From positions 1 through 58,379 of the forward strand of contig CAIJMQ010000043.1 in NCBI GenBank assembly GCA_903821905.1: 58,379 nucleotides of DNA, in the 5' to 3' direction. Position 1 is the first letter of the stretch; the number at the start of each line of letters is the position of its first letter. The stretch comes from an uncultured bacterium. GTDB lineage: Bacteria > CAIJMQ01. The translations under genes and the position numbers were made by a program. Under the pieces are notes generated by a model. That model did no database searches. It was not told the DNA's origin and was given only the letters and a program-made list of their open reading frames with translations. This document shows positions 48,096-56,122 of the stretch, one piece after another.

Positions 48096-49136
48096 ATGTC
48101 ATACAAAAATATAATAATCCTGCCTTTCTTGGTTATATTTTTGCTTTGTCAGACAAAGATTGGCATATGTATTGAGAAAGAAACTATACCTCTTTTGTCT
48201 GATAGAGTTTTTAATCATGCTACCAGTTTATTGGAACTGCCAGATGGGACTCTTTTGGCAGCGTGGAGTTCTGGAAGTAAAGAAAAAAATAGAGATAATG
48301 CTATATTACTTAGTTTTCAAAATCCTGACAGTGGAGAATGGAGCACGCCAGAGATACTTGTGGATACACCCAATAGAGCAGATGGTAATCCAGTTCTTTT
48401 TCTGCTTAATAACGAAGTTTACTGTTTCTATTCTGTTCTTTGGGGTAATGGATGGAGTACTGCTCAACTTTTTTATACTAAGTCAAAATTAAATGGCACT
48501 GATTTTTCATGGACTTCTTCCAAAAGGATTTTCCCTTCCTATAGAATGGGGGATTTAGGTAGAGGGAAACCTATAATTTTAAATGATAAAGAATTCATCC
48601 TTCCTTTATACAAAGAGTTTAGCGGCTATTATTCATATGTGTGTAGGTTTATAGACGGAAAGATTGTTTATCATTCCCGTCTTATAAGGTCTATCCCGGG
48701 GAATCTTCAGCCAGCTATAATTCAAACATCTGATGGCAATATTCTTATGTTGATGCGTCCTGAAACAGGCGGTTATTTCTGGCAGTCTATTTCTCATGAT
48801 AAAGGGAAGGCATGGGATGAGATAATAAAAAGAGAAGATTTGTCTAATCCTGGTTCGGGATTTGATTTGTTGAGACTTAACTCAGGGAATATAATACTCA
48901 TTTTTAATGACGCATTCCAAAACCGCAATAATCTCACATTGGCATTGTCGGAAGATGAGGGGAAAAGTTTTTCTATAAGAAAAGTTTTGGAAGAAGAGAA
49001 AGGTGTGGATTTTTCCTATCCTTCTGCAATTCAGGATTCAAAAGGGAAAATCCATATCATCTATTCAGTAAATAAAAAAGAAATAAGACATATTGTTTTG
49101 AATGAGAGAGAAATTTTAGAAGATCAAAAACAATAA
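48096..49136 (+). CDS. Secreted BNR/Asp-box beta-propeller protein (sialidase-like fold)
   Basis: Signal peptide and Asp-box-like S-x-D-x-G-x-x-W/F motifs (SHDKGKAW, SEDEGKSF); 346 aa; starts 12 nt after the AT gene. Confidence 0.65.
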   Translation: MSYKNIIILPFLVIFLLCQTKIGICIEKETIPLLSDRVFNHATSLLELPDGTLLAAWSSGSKEKNRDNAILLSFQNPDSGEWSTPEILVDTPNRADGNPVLFLLNNEVYCFYSVLWGNGWSTAQLFYTKSKLNGTDFSWTSSKRIFPSYRMGDLGRGKPIILNDKEFILPLYKEFSGYYSYVCRFIDGKIVYHSRLIRSIPGNLQPAIIQTSDGNILMLMRPETGGYFWQSISHDKGKAWDEIIKREDLSNPGSGFDLLRLNSGNIILIFNDAFQNRNNLTLALSEDEGKSFSIRKVLEEEKGVDFSYPSAIQDSKGKIHIIYSVNKKEIRHIVLNEREILEDQKQ

Positions 49137-49144
49137 ACTCTAGT

Positions 49145-50077
49145 TCAAATTATCTTTTCCCTAAAATGTCTAATTGTTTTTTGAAGTCCTTCATCAATTC
49201 CAACTTTTGGTTGCCAATCCAGCAAATTTTTTGCTTTTGAAATATCTGGTCTTCTAACTTTTGGGTCATCTTCCGGAAGGGGTTTGAATAAGATTTTACT
49301 CTTGCTTTTAGTTATGGTTAATATCTTTTTAGTAAAGTCCAATATTGTCATCTCTTGAGGATTGCCAAGATTGATCGGATCATGAATTGGAGAATCCATT
49401 AATTTTAATATGCCTTCTACAAGGTCACTTATATAACAGAAACTTCTTGTTTGTTCCCCATTTCCAAATACGGTCAAGGGTTTTTCTTTAAGAGCTTGAT
49501 TGATAAAAGTTGGGACTACTCTGCCGTCATTTAACCTCATCCTAGGACCATAAGTATTGAAAATTCTGGCTATTCTTGTATCTAATTTGTGATATCGATG
49601 ATAAGCCATAGTCATAGCCTCTGCGAATCTTTTTGCTTCGTCATATACTCCTCTTGGGCCTATACAATTTACATTTCCCCAATATTCTTCTGATTGGGGA
49701 TTTACTTCAGGGTCTCCATAAACTTCGGATGTTGAAGCTAATAAATATTTTGCTTTCTTTGTTTTTGAAAGCCCCAAAGTATTATGTGTACCCAATGCCC
49801 CTACTTTTAGGGTCTGTATCGGAAACTTAATATAATCAATAGGCGAGGCTGGAGATGCAAAATGCAATATGTAATCCAATCCCCAGGGAATATCGATATG
49901 TTCAGTTACATTATGTTCTATAAATTGGAAATTTGGTGAGGGGAAAAGATGATTAATATTTTTCTTGTCTCCAGTTATGAAATTATCCATGCATATTACT
50001 TGATTCCCTTTTTTTATAAGCTCTTCACACAAGTGAGAGCCAATAAATCCTGCTCCACCGGTTATTAAAATTCTCAT
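49145..50077 (-). CDS. UDP-glucuronate decarboxylase (UDP-xylose synthase), SDR family
   Basis: TGGAGFIG Rossmann motif, SDR YxxxK, strong similarity pattern to UXS; 310 aa. Confidence 0.85.
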   Translation of the reverse strand: MRILITGGAGFIGSHLCEELIKKGNQVICMDNFITGDKKNINHLFPSPNFQFIEHNVTEHIDIPWGLDYILHFASPASPIDYIKFPIQTLKVGALGTHNTLGLSKTKKAKYLLASTSEVYGDPEVNPQSEEYWGNVNCIGPRGVYDEAKRFAEAMTMAYHRYHKLDTRIARIFNTYGPRMRLNDGRVVPTFINQALKEKPLTVFGNGEQTRSFCYISDLVEGILKLMDSPIHDPINLGNPQEMTILDFTKKILTITKSKSKILFKPLPEDDPKVRRPDISKAKNLLDWQPKVGIDEGLQKTIRHFREKII

Positions 50078-51312
50078 TCTGATATTTTGTATTTATTTAG
50101 TTTACCGCTTAATGCGGGTGGAATTTCCGCAGTGATTTTAACTCCATCATTCCCGAACTTCTTAAGAATAATTTTCCCTTCGTTGTAAATCATAGAAAGA
50201 ACGTCCATCTTGTTAAAGGGTATTAAAAATTTTACAACCTCTCTTCTCGATGGAAGTAGTTGAAGCAACTTGGTTTTTAACAAATCCATATTATTCCCGT
50301 TTAAACCAGATATAAAAAGCCCGTCTGGGAAAAATCTTTGAATCTCTCTTTTCCCCTCTACAGTAAGCTTGTCTTCTTTATTTAAAACCGTAATAGTAGG
50401 CCTATCTGATACGTTAAGTTCTTTCAGTAAATTTACTACGACCTTATAATCTCCTTCCACATTAACACTTGCCGAATCTATAACATGGATAAGAATGTCG
50501 GCATAGTTCACCTCTTCTAATGTAGATTTGAATGATGCTATTAGTTGGTGGGGAAGTTCTCTTATAAAACCTACGGTATCAACAAGAAGTACCTTCTGGT
50601 TATTACCTATGTCAATTCTCCTCATTACTGAATCGAGAGTTAAGAAGAGCTTGTCACCTTGGGGGAAATTCGAAGAAGACAAATGGTTTATCAATGTAGT
50701 CTTGCCCGAGTTTGTATATCCCACTAATACAACTAACGGGATCATCTTTTCCTTTCTTTTTTTTCTTTGAAGTTCCCGATGAAGCGATATCTTTTTTAGT
50801 CTTTTCTTAAGAAGCGTAATATGTCCTCGGATTGTTCTTCTGTCATATTCCAGTTTTGTCTCACCAGGTCCACTAGTTCCAATGCCTCCACCCAGTTGAG
50901 AAAGTTCTATTCCTTTGCCGGTAAGGCGAGGGAGTGAATAATTCGCTTTAGCAAGTTCCACTTGTATTTCGCCTTCCCTGGAACTTGCATGCTGGGCAAA
51001 GATATCCAATATCAGTTGAGTCCTGTCAATCACTTTTGTTTGTGTAACTTCTTCTAAGTTCCTTTGTTGAACGGGACTTAATTCATGGTCAAATATTATC
51101 AAGTTAGAGTTTTTTTGTTCGCATAAGTCCCTTAATTTTTCTGCCTGACCTTTTCCAATAAAGAGATTTGGAGTAGGTGAGAGGAAATCAAATCTTATAC
51201 AGTCTACTATTTCGGCCCCCGCTGTTTTAGCAAGTTGTTTCAGTTCTTCTTGTGGGTCATAATCTCGATATTTTTTAGCTGACACCAGTATGGCTAATTC
51301 CTTTTCTCTCAT
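50074..51312 (-). CDS. hflX: GTPase HflX
   Basis: HflX N-domain, G-domain [18 protein letters not shown]; 412 aa. Confidence 0.9.
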   Translation of the reverse strand: MREKELAILVSAKKYRDYDPQEELKQLAKTAGAEIVDCIRFDFLSPTPNLFIGKGQAEKLRDLCEQKNSNLIIFDHELSPVQQRNLEEVTQTKVIDRTQLILDIFAQHASSREGEIQVELAKANYSLPRLTGKGIELSQLGGGIGTSGPGETKLEYDRRTIRGHITLLKKRLKKISLHRELQRKKRKEKMIPLVVLVGYTNSGKTTLINHLSSSNFPQGDKLFLTLDSVMRRIDIGNNQKVLLVDTVGFIRELPHQLIASFKSTLEEVNYADILIHVIDSASVNVEGDYKVVVNLLKELNVSDRPTITVLNKEDKLTVEGKREIQRFFPDGLFISGLNGNNMDLLKTKLLQLLPSRREVVKFLIPFNKMDVLSMIYNEGKIILKKFGNDGVKITAEIPPALSGKLNKYKISE

Positions 51313-51435
51313 GATTGTCGTTATTTTACTCTGTTATTTTAAATAATGATAGGGCGTCTCTAATGTGGTTTACTACATTTACCAAATGTGTTATATTTAC
51401 AGCCTAAGAGTTGAGTAACGGAAGGAGGCATAATT

Positions 51436-53442
51436 ATGGTGTTGGTAGAGAACATAAGAAATGTCGCATTAGTATCGCAAAGTAATACCGGTAAAAGCTC
51501 TTTGGTCGCAAGTTTACTAACCCATGCCAAAGCAATCCAGAAGATTTCCAAGAAAGAAGAGTCCCACCTAATCTCTGATTTTACTCAGGAAGAGAAGGAA
51601 AGAAATTTCACTCATACAATCAAAATGTTCAATTTTTCTTATGATAAATTCAGTTTCAATTTAATAGATACTCCGGGTTATCCAGATTTCATTGGGGAGG
51701 TAATAAGTGCTCTTGCTGCTGTTGATGGTGTGATTTTTGTATTGGATGCAACAGGCAATATTGAAGTTCAAACAGAACAAATATGGCATATGGTCCAAGA
51801 AAAAAGTTTACCGCATTTGGTTTTTGTAAATAAGATGGATAGAGAAGAAGCAGACTTTACTAAAGTTTTAAAAGAGCTGGAAGAAAAATTAAACAAACAA
51901 TTTGTTCTGGTTCAAATGCCCCAAAGCGACGGGGGGATTTTGAAAGAAGGTGTAGATCTAATTAGCGAACCCGAAGCTATCCCAAGCGAAATGTTGGAAT
52001 ACAGAGAGAAATTAGTTGAGAGCGTAGCAGAGACGGATGATAGTTTAGTTGAGAAATATTTAGAGGTTGGTAAGCTTACTCTTGATGAGATAAAAAAAGG
52101 ATTAAAGATAGGGGTAAAACAGGGCACATTTTCACCGGTTGTATGTGGTTCTACATATGCAGATATAGGGATTGATTATTTAGTCAAATTCTTGATTGAT
52201 TTTTTCCCGACCCCTATAGAGAAAAAGGTGCTAGATAAAGATGGTAAATTGGTGGATATTATTGATATAAAAGATTCATTGGCTCAGGTGTTTAAAGTGA
52301 CTTCTGAACTTCATTTAGGAGATGTTGTTCTCTTCAGAGTGTTTTCAGGTAGATTTTCTGCGAGTTCCCTTGTTTATAATGTCTCAAGAGATTTGGAAGA
52401 AAAATTTGGGCAAAAAATACAGATTGTCAAAGGCCATACAAAAGATGAAGTTGATAGCGTCGGCCCAGGCGAAATTGCTGGAATAGCTAAACTTAAAGCT
52501 ACAAAAGTTTCCGATACTTTATCTAACAGCAGAGGTACAGTAGTTCTGAAATCTTTGGAATTCCCCTCTCCCAACACTTCCGTAGCTGTAGTTCCTAAAG
52601 AAAGTAAAGATGAGGAAAAATTAAGTTTTGCTCTTGACAGATTAGTCAGGGAAGATCCTACTCTTAGAATTGGTTTCAATAAAGAATTTAGTGAAATGGT
52701 ACTCTCTGGAATGGGAGAGTTACACCTAGGTACAGTATCTAAAAGATTGGCAAGTAGATTTGGAGTGCATGTTGAATTCAAAGAACCAAGAATACCTTAT
52801 AGAGAAACCATTAAGGGAATAGCTAAAGTTCAAGGTAAGTACAAAAGGCAGACAGGTGGGCATGGTCAATATGCAGATGTTTGGATAGAGGTTGAACCTT
52901 TACATAGAGGCAAAGGGTTTGAATTTGTTGACAAAATAGTTGGAGGAAAAATTCCTTCCAAATTTATTCCTTCAGTTGAGAAAGGGGTAAGAGAGGCCTT
53001 AAGCAAAGGTATTACTACGGGTTATCCCTTGACTGATATTAGGGTTAGTCTATATGATGGAAGTTTTCATGAGGTTGATTCTTCCGATATAGCTTTCCAA
53101 ATAGCGGGTTCAATGGCTTTAAGAGATGCAGTCCAGCAAGCAAAACCTATCATTATTGAACCTGTCATGGAAACAGAAATAACTTTACCAGAAGAACATG
53201 TTGGAGATGTGACAGGAGATATTAATTCCAGGAGAGGAAGAATAATCAACATTGAACCTAAAGGCCATTCCAGGGTAATAAAAGCACATGTTCCTCTTGG
53301 TGAATTGCACAGGTATGCTTCAACACTGAAATCCATAACACAGGGGAGAGGAACATTTCAGATGAAATTTGCTTGTTACGAAGAAACGCCTTCTCATATA
53401 GCTAAAAAGATTAGTGAGGAGTCTGCACACAAACCACACTAG
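51436..53442 (+). CDS. Divergent EF-G-like translational GTPase paralogue with the catalytic G3 His replaced by Tyr
   Basis: Five-domain EF-G architecture (domain IV KRQTGGHGQYADV). G1 is SQSNTGKSS, the G2 region is ERNFTHTI, G3 is DTPGY, and G4 NKMD is intact. 668 aa. Confidence 0.8.
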   Translation: MVLVENIRNVALVSQSNTGKSSLVASLLTHAKAIQKISKKEESHLISDFTQEEKERNFTHTIKMFNFSYDKFSFNLIDTPGYPDFIGEVISALAAVDGVIFVLDATGNIEVQTEQIWHMVQEKSLPHLVFVNKMDREEADFTKVLKELEEKLNKQFVLVQMPQSDGGILKEGVDLISEPEAIPSEMLEYREKLVESVAETDDSLVEKYLEVGKLTLDEIKKGLKIGVKQGTFSPVVCGSTYADIGIDYLVKFLIDFFPTPIEKKVLDKDGKLVDIIDIKDSLAQVFKVTSELHLGDVVLFRVFSGRFSASSLVYNVSRDLEEKFGQKIQIVKGHTKDEVDSVGPGEIAGIAKLKATKVSDTLSNSRGTVVLKSLEFPSPNTSVAVVPKESKDEEKLSFALDRLVREDPTLRIGFNKEFSEMVLSGMGELHLGTVSKRLASRFGVHVEFKEPRIPYRETIKGIAKVQGKYKRQTGGHGQYADVWIEVEPLHRGKGFEFVDKIVGGKIPSKFIPSVEKGVREALSKGITTGYPLTDIRVSLYDGSFHEVDSSDIAFQIAGSMALRDAVQQAKPIIIEPVMETEITLPEEHVGDVTGDINSRRGRIINIEPKGHSRVIKAHVPLGELHRYASTLKSITQGRGTFQMKFACYEETPSHIAKKISEESAHKPH

Positions 53443-53502
53443 AAATATCAATTTTATTTGTATTAGTGTATAATCCCCAACTGGTAAAAAGTGAGGTGAA
53501 AG

Positions 53503-54270
53503 ATGTCAGGACATAGTCATTGGGCTAGTATAAAACATAAAAAAGGAAAAGCCGATGCTGAAAAAGGTAAAATTTTCAGTCGGGTAGGCAAACAAATAAC
53601 AATTGCAGCACGCAGTGGCGGAGATGTTAGTATGAATGCCGCGTTAAGAGTAGCGATAGATGCCGCCAGGGAAGCCAATATGCCGCAGGATAACATAACC
53701 CGCGCTATAAAAAAAGGAACAGGAGAATTGCCGGGTATTGTCCTGGAACAATGTAGTTATGAAGCATATGGCCCCGGCGGAGTAGCTTTTTTTATAGAAG
53801 GAATAACTGACAATAAAAATAGAACATCTGCTGAAATAAAGCATATATTTTCAAAATTTGGCGGTAATCTTGCATCTCCGGGTTCTGCGGCTAGGTTTTT
53901 TAAGAAGAAAGGCGTGATAAACATCTCTATATACAAAACAGATGAAAAAACAGATAAATTCAACGAAGAAGAGTTAATGGAACTTACCATAAAAACAGGA
54001 GCTGAAGATTTTGAAATAGAAACAGACCAGTGTGTTCTAATTACCAAAGCAGAGGATTTAAATAAAGTTAAAGAAAGCCTTAAAAAAGAGAAAATCAATA
54101 TATCTTCTTCTCAAATTGAAATGTTCCCTGAAAATCCCATTAAAGTTGACGAAAAGACAGCAGAAAAAATAATACAGATTATGGAAACCTTGGAAGAGCA
54201 CGATGATGTTCAAAATGTCTTTGGAAATTTTGATATTCCGGATGAGATAATGGAAAAAGCAATAAAATAA
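53503..54270 (+). CDS. yebC: YebC/PmpR (TACO1) family protein
   Basis: MSGHSHWASIKHKKG start characteristic of the family; 255 aa. Confidence 0.9.
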   Translation: MSGHSHWASIKHKKGKADAEKGKIFSRVGKQITIAARSGGDVSMNAALRVAIDAAREANMPQDNITRAIKKGTGELPGIVLEQCSYEAYGPGGVAFFIEGITDNKNRTSAEIKHIFSKFGGNLASPGSAARFFKKKGVINISIYKTDEKTDKFNEEELMELTIKTGAEDFEIETDQCVLITKAEDLNKVKESLKKEKINISSSQIEMFPENPIKVDEKTAEKIIQIMETLEEHDDVQNVFGNFDIPDEIMEKAIK

Positions 54271-54369
54271 ATTTATAAATAGAAAAAGCTAGACAAATAT
54301 CCAATTAAAAGAAGGGCGGGGGTATACGAGAATCTTATCCCTGCCTTTATTATTTTGTGGTAGAATTAA

Positions 54370-56004
54370 TTGATAGATATGAATAAAAATAGAATTATAA
54401 TTGTTTTGTTTTCAGTTGTTTTTTTATTCAGTGTAAATAATTCGGCAATGGCTGCGGGAAAACAATACTTATCTCCCTTTCTATCATTTGAAGGTTTATT
54501 CCCAGTTTCGGTTGCACAATTCGGGACTGGAGATTTTTCAATGGGTTTTTGGTTTCAAAACCCCGAGAGATGCCCTAATTATTTTGTTATAAATGTTCAA
54601 GACCCAGGCCAATCAAAATATGTCGTTGTTGGATGGCCTCAGGGGCAGGAAGTTTTGCAGGCAATTATGCACTCCGGTTCAACCACTATAACCGCCCAGA
54701 CAGATTATACTCTTTCAAGCACTCCCCATTTGCTTTTTTTGACATGTGATAGGAGCGAAACAGATGGCTTGAAGTTATGGTTAGATGGAGTTGTTGTCGC
54801 AACAGAAAATCCAACTTCTTTAGCTTCTATTGATTTCAGCCCAAGTTCCGAAACAGGAATAGTCCATATTAATTCTGGTGCTATTCAGAGTGGATTTGAC
54901 CCAGGAGACCAACTTTTTGATGATGTTCAGATATACACTGGGAAAGCATTCACCCCTGCCGAAATGGCTACAATCTGGAATAACGGAAAGGGCACGGAGG
55001 TAAATGAAACGACATTTGCATCTATTGTAAGCAATGGGGCTTATTGCAATTTTAACGGCAATAATTTTTATACTTATTCCACTGGAGCAGTTTCTTTTAT
55101 TGAAGGAGAAAACATTATTAACGGTGTCGGGACAAGTTGGACGGAAAGTATGAACCATGGAACAATCTATATTCCATCAATAGATAAAAAGTATCTGATA
55201 CTCTTTGCTATGCCAAATAATCCACCATATCAGGAAGGCGATGCAATACTCATCGGAAACGATGAAGTATTGCCAAGCAGCGGAAGCGAAGTTTCATATG
55301 TAATTACTGCCATAGGATTAAATATCCCAATGAGAAAATTAATAAACGGTGTTTGGTCTGATGAAAACTTGGTTTTTGCAGATTATATTGGGCGTGATTT
55401 TTCAGTTGGTGGAGTTCCTTTTACACCTACCACCACGGCTATCGCTACCGCAGGAGGAAATCCATATACTTTTGATAATTGGTCAACCTCCTTACCGATT
55501 TTAGTCACCTTAAGCTGTGATGATGTTTCTGGCCCTGGTTGTGGTACGACTTATTATTGTTCCGATACGGATAATAGTTGTACGCCAACAACAGTTTATT
55601 CAAGTGCAGTGTCGGTTTCTACTGCAGGGACGTCATATATCAGATTCTATTCTACGGACATGAATGGTGCCTCAGAAGCGATAAACAGTTCGACAATCAA
55701 AATATACCCCACTCCTTCCGCCAATGTAGACATTTCCTCAATTGATAATAGAAGTAATAATTGTTTCATAGCTACAGCTACTTATGGCACTCCAATGGCA
55801 GAGGAAGTTAGAGTTTTAAAGCAGTTTAGAAACGAATACCTGCTTACAAACCCGATAGGAGAAGTATTTGTAAACACTTACTATAAAATGTCTCCACACA
55901 TCGCCGATTTTATAAGAGTACACACTATATTAAAGAAGCCAGTTAGATTTATATTAAATCCTTTGATTTGGGTGAGCAGAAAAATAACAGAAGCAAGGTA
56001 TTAG
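54370..56004 (+). CDS. Secreted LamG/concanavalin-like domain protein with a conserved Cys-initiated C-terminal tail
   Basis: Signal peptide, a LamG-like block (LKLWLDGVVVATENP), and a C-terminal ~75 aa beginning NCFIATATYGTPMAEEVRVLKQFRNEYL; 544 aa. Confidence 0.6.
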   Translation: MIDMNKNRIIIVLFSVVFLFSVNNSAMAAGKQYLSPFLSFEGLFPVSVAQFGTGDFSMGFWFQNPERCPNYFVINVQDPGQSKYVVVGWPQGQEVLQAIMHSGSTTITAQTDYTLSSTPHLLFLTCDRSETDGLKLWLDGVVVATENPTSLASIDFSPSSETGIVHINSGAIQSGFDPGDQLFDDVQIYTGKAFTPAEMATIWNNGKGTEVNETTFASIVSNGAYCNFNGNNFYTYSTGAVSFIEGENIINGVGTSWTESMNHGTIYIPSIDKKYLILFAMPNNPPYQEGDAILIGNDEVLPSSGSEVSYVITAIGLNIPMRKLINGVWSDENLVFADYIGRDFSVGGVPFTPTTTAIATAGGNPYTFDNWSTSLPILVTLSCDDVSGPGCGTTYYCSDTDNSCTPTTVYSSAVSVSTAGTSYIRFYSTDMNGASEAINSSTIKIYPTPSANVDISSIDNRSNNCFIATATYGTPMAEEVRVLKQFRNEYLLTNPIGEVFVNTYYKMSPHIADFIRVHTILKKPVRFILNPLIWVSRKITEARY

Positions 56005-56037
56005 TACGTTAAAAAAATTCAAAATTGGTGTGTAATA

Positions 56038-56066
56038 TTGACAGATTTATAAAAGTAGAATATAAA
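56038..56066 (+). promoter_or_regulatory. Sigma-70-type promoter (TTGACA, 17 nt, TATAAA) upstream of the GLUG-repeat gene
   Basis: Consensus -35 with optimal spacing. Confidence 0.45.
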
Positions 56067-56122
56067 GAATAGGTTATGAATAAGTGTAGGAGTTTAAATA
56101 ATCTTACAAAAAATAATTTCTT

